From positions 12,958,001 through 13,022,000 of the forward strand of contig CAIIXF020000001.1 in NCBI GenBank assembly GCA_903813345.2: 64,000 nucleotides of DNA. The letters run 5' to 3'. Positions within the stretch are counted from its first letter, which is position 1. Each line of letters opens with the position of its first letter. The position numbers and the translations under genes are program-made. Positions 37,401 through 51,200 of the stretch are shown piece by piece. This stretch comes from Owenia fusiformis. Its lineage: Eukaryota. The notes under the pieces were generated by a model that saw only the letters and a program-made list of their open reading frames with translations, was not told the origin of the DNA and did not search any database.

Positions 37401-38281
37401 CCATTTTTATTATAGAAAAACCAGGTTCTTTTGGTCATAACTCCACAAGTATTCAATCAGTTTTCTTGAAATTGTACAGGTACCTTAAAGGCCGGTTTTA
37501 AAGTTGCTAGCAACTCCCATTAAAATATCAGGTTACATCCACACTTTAACATAGTACAGAAAGTCAGGATTAGTAAGTAATTAACAGCATTGCTTAATAC
37601 TTGATTCTGATTGGTTAAGTTTGAGGACTAAATTTGAAAAATGTTATTTCTGTTTTTAAATGTCTTATCACAACCCAATAAAAGGATGAAGTTAAAATCT
37701 AAATGCAGAATATGAACATCAATACATTGAAAGATATACATAACAAAATTGGAAGCAATACATTTTCTCAATCAATATGAAATTTGAGAAAATTGACCAG
37801 TTTTGTGAAAATATCAAAAATCCACTTATTTTGGCTGTTCCATTATTTTGCCTCCTGTTTATACCCCATGTCCCTCTTTAATTATGGATAAATAAACAAT
37901 TTGCAAAAAGAATACCCAATTTGGAAGGGGCCTAACCTGATTATTTCTTGCAACTCCAAACCTTTGACTTTCCTAAGATTGATCAAAGTATATCGCACCA
38001 AGCATCAAACATAGCTTCACAAATTGTAACGAAAGCCCTTTTGAGGAAACATCTCGTATACTACGACTAGTTACTTACCTACCGGTACTCTCCAAACTTT
38101 TGCAGTGTTTCAGGGCACGAGCTGCAAGTATTCGATGCCATTTAAAAGGAGGTGTATTTTCATGAAGAGCTCTAAGATCATTGTGACTTTGTAATATGAT
38201 CCTTTCAAACGGAGTTCTCTGAGCATGTCCAAGTCCAACCAAGATCACAAGAGACAAACTCAACACTACCAATGAGATCAT
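31500..38281 (-). CDS. Gene B: paralog of gene A, 477 aa. Exons 38281-38079, 36821-36693, 36446-36377, 36173-35981, 35006-34818, 34579-34511, 34199-34008, 32415-32247, 31719-31500
   Basis: Same nine exons and phases, GT-AG introns, 1434-nt open CDS. Signal peptide MISLVVLSLSLVILVGLGHA; HNDLRALH, FAHS, GENLW, WYNE, GHFTQIVW, LGCG, VCCQYSPHGN, T10 linker, sushi domain, C-terminal domain ending CEIECV*. Confidence 0.9.
32471..32765. mobile_element. 295-bp MITE with 7-bp TSD (possibly P superfamily) in gene B intron 7
   Basis: AGAATAA|CCAAGGAGGATTGGCTCCCAG...CTGGGAGCCAATCCTCCTTGG|AGAATAA. Confidence 0.8.
33553..33996 (-). repeat. Interspersed repeat, inverted partner of 35099-35585
   Basis: Ends ...GAGATTTCAAAAGCTATATGGAAACTGTA, the reverse complement of the start of the 35099 copy. 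Confidence 0.8.
35099..35585 (+). repeat. Interspersed repeat, inverted partner of 33553-33996
   Basis: Starts TATAGTTTCCATATAGCTTTTGAAATCTCG; alignable over ~450 bp. Confidence 0.8.
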
Positions 38282-38366
38282 CTCGTTTGCAAGAAACACC
38301 GAGGATAACTGACTGGATGTTTCATGCACACGATTGCTCAAGATGTGTTTTGCTTGCTTTAGACCG

Positions 38367-38373
38367 TTTTATA
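38367..38373 (-). promoter_or_regulatory. Putative TATA box of gene B
   Basis: TATAAAA on the minus strand ~86 bp upstream of ATG 38281. Confidence 0.5.
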
Positions 38374-39293
38374 GTAATGGTCTGATATGATAATTAAATC
38401 TATGTGCCTTTGTGATTTACATGCGGTCATAAACTGTTTGTTGATGAGCAAAACTTATTGTCTCGTGTTGAAACATTGTACGATCTAAAATCAGCATAAT
38501 GCAATACAGCAAATTAAAGGATTCCTAATTTTATTCTCTCCTTCGCAGATTGAGAATCAAAATGTACGTGTCAACTGGTGGCTGTGGAAAGAGGGTAATA
38601 CAGTCATCATGATAGCATGGCCTTCTATCATGGCCTTCACACTAGTATTTCTGGTTGAAGACAGAAAAATGTGATGAGTATTATCAGAATGTAGTACAGA
38701 AAGCATATGTACAATTGACCTACCAAGGTATTCGTTACCTTCTGATCATGAAATGTATTTGATCCTATATTTGAATGGAATGACTATCATGTTATGGGCA
38801 CCAATATCATTGGGAGAAATGCTCGAGATTTCTTCTTCGAATATATCTAGGTTCTTTTCTTCATCCTAGGAATATATGGCTTTATGTAGACTGAAATAAG
38901 TGATTTATTCATGATATGGGGTCACGGGATATTTTGAAACACTCGTTTTTGACAATTCGAGAATAAGCTGTGACAGATCGTCTATATATTTTGCAAACTT
39001 GATGTTGATTCCCTAGAATTACTCAGTAAACAATTTTGTTCATCTATTGCTGAGGGCCGACAAAAGCGGTTCACTTTTTGGGACAAATAATACACTGTAT
39101 ATCAGTTTTGGCGGGGATATGAAAAGTGCAACCACTTGCAACCTCGGCCGGGAGACTAAATGAGATGTTGGATCCTGAAATCGCTCAGTGAATTATTCAC
39201 TTGGGTATTCTGATTTACCATTACAAATTTACGATACCAGCCACATTTTCAATTCTTCTTATCAACAATCATTTTACTCTTTTAATTGGTAAT

Positions 39294-42200
39294 TTACATT
39301 TCAACACATTCAATATCACATGTCTGGACAGTTTTTGCAGATTGACCTGATATCCACACGGAAAACTTGAAAATAAATGTTCCTGGCCTTGTGCATATGC
39401 ATCTTATTTTGTACCGGTCGCCATTTGGCTCATTCGAAGTTGTTCCAGGTCGGGTGGTTGTCGCTCTTGGTACCGTCGCCAATTTAGTATTCGATAAAAT
39501 CCTACATGGCCCCTCCATCCTGTTATTTATGAATGGCAATAATAACTTAATGGGCGTCAGTAGATCTCGGTGTGGATAGTTTATAAAATTTATATAATAA
39601 AAAATACATTATCAACAATAAATTATTTCAAAATCGATTTTGCTTAGGGAACAAAGCTAATTGACATTATATCATTTAATTTATGAAACAATGGTAAGTC
39701 AATTCGCATCAAACCAATAAGCAAAAAATAAATACACTTAAGTATGAGTAATTGTAATTGTACATGATGGAAAAAACTTACAAGACATGATATGTTAAAT
39801 CCTTTGCGTTCTCCCTGTTTGTATTTGTAAATGTGTATTTTAATAAAACCTCCATGAAGGCATCTTGACCTATTTTTAGTGTTGTCCTTTTACCACTTTT
39901 GTCTCCGCATAATGTCATCTTCCCATCAAATTCAACATCAATATCACCTACTGTAAATTTTAGAAAAACAGAAAAGTTCTAAGAGCGTAGAAGAAAATGA
40001 ATAGGAAAAAATGTTGCACGCCCTTTTTATTCTGCTGTAAAATGAAAGAGAATTTAGAATCAAGATTAAATTTTTTAAATTATTTTCACCTTTTACACAA
40101 CTTGGTGCGCTATCACCGCTCCATATTCCTTCTCTACTGCACGTCCTAAGTTTGTTACCAACGAGCGTATATCCTGTTTTACACGCATACGTGGCCCTTG
40201 TTCCTGCTTTGCTGGATCCTGTTACAGTTGTGGTGGGAGTAATAGATCCATGTTCTGGGGACTTAAGTTGCGGGCATCTAAATGCTAAAACAATATTTTC
40301 CCAATGTAAAAATATTTAATAGATAGGCCCCAGTGCAAAGAATATTTTATATCTTGCTCAAATATCAAAATATCGTGATTGGTACCCTGCGTGCAGAGTC
40401 TAGTTAAACTACAGCTCTCTTTTAAGAAGTGAAGTCAAACGAATGCAAAGGGTACGTGATTGGTTGGGAGACCGTTAATATATATCAGCAAGTACCTCCT
40501 GTTATCATTCATATTTAAACGAGTTGGACATAATATAACGGTCATATCGTCAGCCAACAGTTGAATTTGCTAATGCTAGTTTAGTAAAACAATTCAACCA
40601 AGACTAAAAACTATAAATCTAGGTTGCTTATAGCCGAGCTTTATGCCTTGGTCACATTTGCTCCGATCCATCGGCCGGCGCCCTGCCGATTGAGTGTTTT
40701 GTTCAATATTGTATTCAATTTTGAAAAAAATACTCAATCGGCCGGGCGCCGTAGTGAAAATCAGAGCAAATGTGACCAAGGCATTATGGGAATACTTTTT
40801 AAAGTTTTCCATTCTGATATTATACTGTTACTGTTTGTTATAATTCATTCACACATAGCTAGGCAAAGTGTGTCCGATTCCAGCCAATCTGAACAAAGTA
40901 TTTCATTTAACTGCAGTTGCATTATATAACCAATCACCGCACCCAAGGTCATTCTTGAATGGTGTCAAGCTGATTGAAATTGATGATTAAGAAGGTTTAA
41001 TTGAAAATATGTTCTTTTAGTGATTTCGTATCTTTTAGGTGATTTTGTGGGAGGAATTTAAGCCCAAGAGTTGACGATTCATTCCACACAGGCGTTGTTT
41101 GGATTCCCGCTGCGTGGTCGTGAAAAGATTTGATAACAACACCTTGAGGTATGATTCAGTCCACAATGAACTGAGGCTTAAATCTCTAAATAATGTAAAA
41201 TTCATAGAATACAACTATTAGACAAGGTGCATTTTCATCTAGAGGAAATGTGGTAGGCGTTTAGTGTTAAAAGTTTTCTGACAAGTGTTTCTTATGTAAC
41301 TTTTTATGCTGAATCCAAAAAACCATGTTGGCAAGCTGAAATATGATTATTTAACCCTTAAAATACCATGTTAGTCCCCCTACCCCCAAAATTCACCCCT
41401 ACCAGGGGGAAAAAATTCTTCAACCTAAAATAACTTTGAATTTATGGTTTTTGTAAGTGAAATACATGGTCATTGTATAAAATAAACATTTAAAGTATGA
41501 ATGATACGGATTACACTTAGGAAATTTGAATAAAAGCAAAAAGTATGTACCCCAGGGGGCAAATTTATGACCCATTTTTTACTTTTCGTGTCATAACCTT
41601 TTTATTAGACAATGGTGGATGCTAAAAAATCCATGTAAAAGGCTTAATACCTGGTCTACTAATCCTGCAAGAATCAAAGTAATTCCTTCTGATAATTGCC
41701 TTGAAAAAAATTAGTGAATTTAAGAAAAAATGACTTTTTAGCTGGGACTGATTTTATGTGTGACTATAACTGACCCCTATTGCTTTAACATTTATCCCTC
41801 TGTGTTCATATATTTGGCATTTTAGAATAAATCTAAATATAAAACTTATTTTAGCTAAGTTTTGGGAAGATTTAAGCTTTCTAGCATGTTCAAATATTAA
41901 AAATTCATGAAATATGATGTCTAAAATTGATAAGTTATAGGTATACCCTTGGAAGACCCCTATAATTTCTTATTTATGAACATATTTGTACCAATATTAA
42001 TTTTCTAGCTTAGACAAATAATGTATGATATATCCAGGCTTGGCTTTCTGGTGGTTTGAACAATCTTAGGTGTTATCATTGAAAATTCATTCTTAAATCA
42101 TAGGTCTGCAATCGATTAAATTCATGTATACCATTAGCCTAGTATCATTCTACTGGTACAGGGTGTCCAAAAAACAGGACCGAAGAAAAGTTAGTTAACT

Positions 42201-45200
42201 TTGTCAATCCTGCATATTCTGCCTCAAAACTTCAGAATTATTCAGTTCATTCAATATGAATTTTGTTGTGAAAGTTTCATGATAATCTGCCTGTGGAGTC
42301 AAAAACTACAGCACTTTACAACCAATGTGGCCACTTCTCCTCTACATGCACAATCAAATCTGGCGAAGGAAGTTGTTCAATTGTCCATGGCGTGACTAAA
42401 ATCTATCTAGAGAAGTAAAACTAGTGTCAGACAAATTCTCAGATGTTCTTCAATTTTAAGTGGATAGCTTCATCAGAAGCTTTGCAATCCATGTTGGTAT
42501 GTGTAGGAGAGTCATCAACAGCTTCGTTGGCTGGAGTGGTGGCCACATGGGGCATGTGTTGTAAAATGCTGTAGTTTTTTACTTTATAAGCAGATTATCA
42601 TTAAATGTTCACAACAAAATCCACATTAAATGAAGTAAATCATTCTGAAATATTAAAGCAAAATATGCAAGATTGCCCAAAATAATTAACATGAACAAGC
42701 TATGATTTCATAGATTAGTTTGATGTATGACATATTCCGAGCTGACTCTCTGTTTATTTAAACCATCTAAGAGGCTTAATCATTGAAAATCATTACAAAT
42801 AAAGGTCTAAACAGACAGTATTGAGGTACACTATTAGAATACCCTTATTATTTCCAGGCTTAGAGTTTATTGGTACCTACTACTATTTCATAGCTCAGAG
42901 GTTTAATATATGATATATCCTGACTAGTTTTTCTGCAGATTTGAACCACCTAACAGGTCTAATCATTGATTATACTTCATATACTAGGTCTAAAATTGAA
43001 GTATTCAATAGAACCCTCTATGAAAATTCAAAAAAAGATTCAAAATGACATTAACCTCAACATTAGATCTGAATAAGGATTAAAATCCTTCATAGAGCTG
43101 AACAGGGAAGACAAGGCTAACTTCATTCTGGTGTTGATACATGGACCTGGTCCAAATTTTGCTATACTTCATCCAAGCCCAAAGAAAGGGAAATTAGGAG
43201 CTTCATCTCAATGCATTTCAATGCATGATCCCTTATTTCATGACCACCAAAATTATGGAAGGTGTGGCACAGTAAACTTAGAGGAAATGCACTAACTATT
43301 AGAATATAGTATCTGCTGCAGTTGAGCGAGGATTCTTGCATTGAACTATGTGGTAAAAGGCTCTACAAATTCAATCAACCAAGTTGATTGACCCCTATGC
43401 CAGTATGCTATTGGTTAGAAGGGTGGCAGAATTGTAGGCATAACACAAAGACAATATCTGCATTGAACAGATGGGCACCGGGGTATAATCTTAGGTCACA
43501 CATGGGGAGTCCAAACAAGAATGATGTTTGGACTTGCGTTTTGAGATTCCATAGAGGGGGGGGGGGGGTGGTAATTTGCAAATCAAAACAAGAATCTATG
43601 GATATATAAGCACAAATGCCAAAGGGAAGGGTGACTAAAAACATTAAAGAAACCCAACAAGAAAAGCAAACCGCAAGTGCAAATCTGTCATAAGAAAAGT
43701 AGACCCTATATATCCCAAAACCATAATCTAACGTGAAAAGAAACAATGTCTAACATCCCCCTCCCCCCTCCAATCGAGAACCAATATCACAATCCAGGAC
43801 CAGAACACCAAGGGACATTTCATTCATACTGAAGTCATTACAATACATGTTGAAGAAAAATTGAAAAAATTGATAGCCAATACTCATAACATCAAAAATA
43901 GTTGTAGATACTAGTACTCATAAAAGATAGAGTATTCAGTCTCTGGAAGAAGATAAAATATGTGACATGCTGCTGAAGTTTGGCATGGTTTCAGAAGATC
44001 CATTACTTAATCTCCAAAGTATATGTACAAAAGATGTACTCACAGAAACAATCAACAGGCTCGACAGTTTGGCCAACAACAACTGGATGTCTTTGTGTCT
44101 TAGAGGTTGATACCAACCGGGTCAAATGAAAGACACAACATTTCTTGATCTACTGAGCAAGCACCAACATTTTTTAAACTATATGCCTAATCCCAATATA
44201 AATGAGCAGAAAGTTGTTAAGGCAGACAGGAATGTTTTGCAGAATCTTATCACTGCATATGAAGCTAACCACAGACCCGTGGGCATCAATGAAATAATGA
44301 AACATGAGCTGATGTCTTTTCCAATAGCCCTCTCATTGACGAATGAAACATTCAAGCCAACTCAAATGTACTCTACTCCTTAACTGTTTAACAAATGGTA
44401 TTGAAATGCCAACCGTAATATTTCCAATATATGATCCTTCTTACAAATTAGCATCAATTGCATCTACATCTGAGGATTTGGCTACAGTCTTCAAGGAAGC
44501 AAAACTTCAGCAGTGAAGTGTACTGTGCCCCATCTTGCATACTTTTGGTGGTCATATCTCATGAAAAAGGGGATCATGCATTGAAGTACATTGAGATGAA
44601 GCTCCCAATTTCCCTTTCTTTGGGCTATGGTGAAGCGTATCAAGATTTGGACCATGCCCATGTATTACTGCCAGAATGAAAAGTAATCCTTGTCTTCCTT
44701 GTTCAGCTCTATGAAGGATTGTAATTCTGATTTACAAGAGTCATCCGAGATCACATCAATCAGTTGCTTTATTTGATTTCCAGATCCAATGTTATGGTTA
44801 ATGTCATTCTGAATCATTTTTGAATTTCCCATATATGGTCCCATTGGATTTAAATTTCAAAAATTGCTACTCTGCAAAAACTCTCATTAACTGAAACATC
44901 CCACTAATTCAAAATGTTGTCAAAGTGAGTATACGCCATTTGTCAAGAATTTGCCAAGAGTAACACAGAAAGGTTAATGGGGACAGTGGGGGGGGGGGGG
45001 ATTTTTTAATATGACTTAACATTGTTCAGGGAAGAAAACTCCATAAAAAAAGAAGATTTGTATGAATCATTGGTCCTTTTGCTCTCACGTCATGCAATTG
45101 TCAGGCTGCTTAGAATGAAATTAGCCTTGTCTTCCTAGTTCAGCTCTATGAAGAATTGTAATTCTGATTCACATCCAGTGTTGAGGTTAATGTCATTCTG

Positions 45201-48200
45201 AATCTTTTTTGAATTTATCATAGAGGGTTCTATTGAATACTTCAATTTTAGACCTAGTATATTAAGTATATTCAATGATTAGACCTGTTAGGTGGTTCAA
45301 ATCTGCAGAAAAACTAGTCAGAATATGTCATATATCAAACCTCCGAGCTACGAGACAGTAGTAGGTACCAATATACTCTAAGCCTGGAATTAATAAGGGT
45401 GTTCTAATAGTCTACCTTAATACTGTCCGTTTAGGCCTTTATTTGTAATGGTTTTCAATGATTAAGCCTCTTAGATGGTTAAAATCACCAGAAAGTCAGC
45501 TTGGAATATGTCATGCATCAAACAACTAATCTATGAAATCATAGCTAGTTCAATTATGCTCATACCAGTAGAATGATACTAATGGTATACATGAATTTAA
45601 TCGATTGCAGACCTATGATTTAAGAATGAATTTTCAATGATAACACCTAAGATTGTTCAAACCACCAGAAAGCCAAGCCTGGATATATCATACATTATTT
45701 GTCTAAGCTAGAAAATTAATATTGGTACAAATATGTTCATAAATAAGAAATTATAGGGGTCTTCCAAGGGTATACCTATAACTTATCAATTTTAGACATC
45801 ATATTTCATGAATTTTTAATATTTGAACATGCTAGAAAGCTTAAATCTTCCCAAAACTTAGCTAAAATAAGTTTTATATTTTAGATTTATTCTAAAATGC
45901 CAAATATATGAACACAGAGGGATAAATGTTAAAGCAATAGGGGTCAGTTATAGTCACACATAAAATCAGTCCCAGCTAAAATGTCATTTTTTCTTAAATT
46001 CACTAATTTTTTTCAAGGCAATTATCAAAGGAATTACTTTGATTCTTGCAGGATTAGTAGACCAGGTATTATGCCTTTTACATGGATTTTTTTAGCATCC
46101 ATCATTGTCTAATAAAAAAGTTATGACACGAAAAGTAAAAAATGGGTCATAAATTTGCCCCCTGGGGTACATACTTTTTGCTTTTATTCAAATTTCTTAA
46201 GGGTAATCCGTATCATTCCTACTTCAAATGTTTATTTTATACAATGTCCATGTATTTCACTTACAAAAACCATAAAATCAAAGTTATTTTAGGTTGAAGA
46301 ATTTTTTCCCCCTGATAGGGGTGAATTTTGGGGGTAGGGGGACTAACATGGTATTTTAAGGGTTAAATAATCATATTTCAGCTTGCCAACATGGTTTTTT
46401 GGATTCAGCATAAAAAGTTACATAAGAAACACTTGTCAGAACACTTTTAACACTAAACGCCTACCACATTTTACAGAGAGACCTTTTGCAGAAAAGCACC
46501 CGGTCTATATACTGTCCAAATCAATTGTATGTTAGAACTAAATAGGAACACTATTGACCAGATATTCAAAGAGTTGAATGCTATGAATTCAAAGGTCAGA
46601 CTTTAAATAGTGAAATTCCTCAGTGCCATGTTCACCAGACAGACTTTCTGTAAGTTCGTGCTTAAATTCAAAAGGACGCCAAAGAGCTCACGTAACAACA
46701 GGTTGCTACAAGAACTACAATCTAATGTACTAACCACATCCAAGTTGTTTATCACAAGTGTTCCCAGTCCCTTTTCTGACACAGGCGTTCTCATCCTTGT
46801 GCTCTGAAACGGAGACAGAACAAAACGTTAATTTGTCTTACTGGAGACTTTAAACTAGCGATGTTTTTATAACGTAAACGCGAACGCAAAGTAAATGAAT
46901 CAATACAGTAATGTATATAGCGCGCATACAAAACAAGCGTTACTTAGGCTACTTCAGGGTTTCGTGTTTAGAACGCTATGCAACTTCACGTTGGTGTCAA
47001 CGGGAATCAGTATACTCATGCCTATTGAATACTATGCTTTCAATATTGATTTCGATGCGCAGTATAATGTCTGAAGAAAATGATGTATGTTAACTCATTC
47101 GCTACGAATGACGTGATATGACGTCATAAAGCACATACGTTGACTACGAATGACGTGATATCACGTCCAAGCACAAACCCAAAGTATTTTTTGGAATCTT
47201 GTAACCATGACAACCTATAAAATGGGACTTAAAAACTTATTGATTCTGATAGAGTATATCATATGCTTTAAAATGATATATAACAATACATAGTACCCCA
47301 CACACAATTTTGTCGCCTACTTTGATGTATTGTAGAAAAATATCCAAAAAGAGTTTGCTTATAAAATTTGGTATACTTTAACTTGAAACATTTTGTGACA
47401 CTCAAATTTTTTTATTTGGAAATTTAAGTAATATTGACGAAAAACAAGCAGTTTTAAAATATTCATGTTTTAACAAAATTCGACGAAAATTTCCAGTTTT
47501 GCAGTTTTAAAGAGAGTTTAAATCATTTTGATTACATTTTGATTACAAACCTATTGCATTACATATGGTTTGTCTGTTATCTTAAGATACTGTTACTATA
47601 TGTTGGAGATGTTTAACTCCTGAATAGGAATATTGTAAGTGTGGTTTCATTATTGTTTAAGAGTGAAAACCCCTTTTAATACTTTCAATACATGGACAGG
47701 TGCATGTGTCATATGATTTGTTGGCTTTAAGTCTAAAAAGGTTCATCAGGGCACTGAAAGACATTCCTGCTTGGATTTCTATCCCATCCTACCCCTACCT
47801 CTACTGTCTCACTTGATCACTTGAAAAAATCCTTTCCAATAGTTCGCATCTCATAAAATTTCGAGAAAATGGTTGTATTTTGTTTAAGTCAATTGAGCCA
47901 TTATTAACAGTGAGCTTGCACTCAATTTTTCATTGGCCTACGATCGGGAGGCCATATTCACCAAATACCTCACAGATGGCCACCGACGGCTTACCTTTTG
48001 TTGGAAATGATTCACATGGATTTAACATGTGAACTTTCAGGGGTAACATCATAACATTATAACAGTCACTCCTGCTTGATTCAGTTTTTCTTTTACCAGT
48101 GAATTATAATGGTGTTACAAAGGATAGGATTGACCAGAATATTCAAATTGTTTTTGTTATCAATTTGTTACAAATTGTTTCAAAATTTAGCTTGATTTAG

Positions 48201-51200
48201 GTCAAATCTGTAAATGCGTAGCAATTTAGAAACCGAAGTCAAATTGTGGTGAAGTCATATTACCCCAAACAAAAAAATTTCAGTGTCACAAATTGTTTCA
48301 ATTTAATGTATGCCAAATTTCATGAGAAAACTCTTATTGGATATTTTTCTACAACACATCAAAGTAGGCGACAAAATTGTGTGTGGGGTACTATGTATGC
48401 CCATTTATATACTTTATATATTATCTCAGAGGTACCATATAATAATTTTCAAAAATTCTTCAGTATTTTAGTGCTTTGTTTTAGCTCCAAATATCTTACT
48501 AAACGAGCTTGTTTAAAATATGTACCAGCTAAATCACTATCAATGGCATATTACACGATGATGTGTAGTCTAAGTAACGGACTAAGTAAACACTGTAACC
48601 GAACGATTGTTTTTGTGAGAAAACTACATGCATTTAGGGTATTCATACGTTCAGGTTGCCGTTTCGATTTTATATGCATTGCTTAAAGTCGCCACTGTTT
48701 TGGTGAAGCCGGTGTAAAAGGGTAGGTGGTCCTATCAAATTTTGGTCCTACCCTCTATTGATTTATATGGTGACCTAATTGCAATTATTTTACTTATTAT
48801 TTATACACAGTCAGGGCTAGTAAGGGCCATAAGGAAAGGACACCGTAATCCCCAAAGGACCATAATTTCTTTTACACCTGGAATATTGTTGCTATAGTTC
48901 AACGTCTGATAAGAAATGTTACTAAACTTGTATTCGCGAATGCAACTATCGGCTTCCGCCTTCCGGATCTACATACTATTTTATGGGCAACCCATTTAAA
49001 TATGAATAGTACCTGCCATTATTATATACCTCAAATGTATTCTAGATGCTCATTGGCTTATTCATGGTCACATGACATGGAATAGATGAACTAATTCCCT
49101 GGAAAGTCCTAAATCCCTGCTTTCAGGGAAGATGAATTGTACTAATCACTAGTTAGGTCATGTGACCAGTCAATAGTACGTTTTATCTTCCCCCAAATCT
49201 GAGATTATAGGAGTTGAAAGGTAATATGCCTTTAAATGCCAATAAGAACCTGTGAACATTTGATATTGAAATGAAAAGACTTCTCATTTTGTTTTTGTTT
49301 ACAGTCAGTACTTATCAGGTATATAATAAAACAAATAGTGACTGCCACATTTTCGGGAAATAGTGTAAAAATTTTCCTCTCGGGAATATCCTGTCCACTG
49401 ACTTGTTCCCTCGGCCTGCAGCCTCGGGAACATGTCAGTGGACAGGATATTCCCTTGAGGAAAATATTTTGCACTATTTCCCTCAATGGCAGTCACTATT
49501 TGTACACTATTCCATTCATATTTAAATGAGTTGGTCATAAAATAGTAGGTTAATCCGGTAGCCGACAGCCTATATTTGCATTCGCGAATACAAGCTATGT
49601 AATTTAGCTTGAAACTCACAATTCAGTCGTGAATTCACAAAAAATCAACAAAGTGAAGAAGATTTCCTCTTAGTGGAGAAATTTTGCGTGTTCTGTTGAT
49701 AATAGGGTTGTCATTCGACCGGAAGTCGCGTCATCTTGACTAAGAAGCAAGAAAATGTATATGTATCGGTATTTGATGTTGTACGAGGAAACCGAATCGA
49801 AGCAGTTTTGCCGACAAAAATTACTTAAATTCAGGTCGATCGACGAAAGTCGGAGGAGAATCTTTGTTAACGTATACATAAAAATATTGGGTGAGACTTG
49901 AGATAATAAATGCGGCGCCAGTCAAAATTGAAACTTCTGATTGGGTTCGAAGCCGAGATGCCCGGATATGTCCCAGCAAAAGCCGGAATTCATGTGAAGA
50001 AGGGGCGGAGTTTAAGCGAGATTCATCGAGACTTCTTCGTGTCAATCGTGTCAATCCCTGCATTGCTTATTGTTAACTCCACCTTTTTGCCCATATATGG
50101 AGATGGAGATGCCACTTGCGAGCGTGAACAGTTCAGTCTAGAAATTTCTTAAGTGATGTCTTTCTTCGATTTTTCTACACGTTATCTCGATAATTAGTGG
50201 ACATATTTGTACCATTCTTTCGTCAAAATGAGGGTATCGCTGGAATACATATTTCCAATCTGTTGGTCAATAGATTTATTCATTGATACTGGCAGGAATA
50301 AGATCGTAATAAACATGCTAAAATTGTAAAACTTGGAACGTTTGACAGTAATCTCCGAGTAATGTATGAATTGCATCAGGAGAAAGCAGGAGAAAAGCTG
50401 GGACAGTCTGTTGTGTGGAGTTTGCAAAGCAATCCCGGATATAAATGACGTCATCTTAGCAGTTTACATGGTTTCGAAAAGTTTTAGTACTGGGTTTATT
50501 TTTGAACGATTCCTCGATTTAATCAAAGATATTGTGGGAATTTTTAATTCCCCCTGAGTAGTACTAGGGCCTGTGAAACGTTTATTTTACAGGATTTTAT
50601 GTTATTTCATGTTTATTCAATGTTCCGTCCCTGTGATTTGGATGTTTACTTGATCAGCAAGCTGGGTTGGAATAAATTTGCATAATTAGGCACCCAGCAA
50701 CAGAGCTCAGCCAATCAGATGTCTTTATTTGAATTTACCGCCAATGTAAGTTGTAGTTTTCCCATGATGCATTCTGAGATGACTGGGATTAGAGTGTGAG
50801 AAAGTGACCTGTAAATCAGAGTAAACCAAGACTTTGCAGAGGAAACACCTCGTCAGTTTATATCATTTTATGTGGGAGCGTGTTCGATGTGAATTGAGAA
50901 CTATATTAGACTATATTACAGGTTATTTGGATTATTTGCTGTCATTATTGCTGCAGTTTTGCATTCGTTTTGCATTCGTTTTTGACTGTGCGAGAAACAA
51001 GAAGATAACAGCCAGTTTTGGGTGAGTTGGCAATTTGATTATTGAGTTTGACGCCATATTGCTGTCCGCCATTTTGATTTCTTCTTCCCAGAATTCCAAG
51101 CGGTCAGCCATCTTTGTTTTGACGGAAGTGACGTCATTTTAAGAAGTAATTCCTCCTCCGAGTAATTAAGGCTCTTGTCTAATCTCAGTTGTGATTGATA

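Larger units (their letters stand above)
41221..46505. mobile_element. Foldback-like DNA transposon with ~1.4-kb TIRs in gene C intron 6
   Basis: 41247-42158 is a near-perfect reverse complement of ~45563-46471; pairing continues 42690-43130 versus ~45110-45552; TA flanks; shares motifs with 1756-7446. Confidence 0.85.

Noticed and set aside
38282-38341. 20-aa N-terminal extension of gene B in the ORF track
   Set aside because: Starts at a non-ATG codon; ATG 38281 begins the signal peptide and matches gene A.
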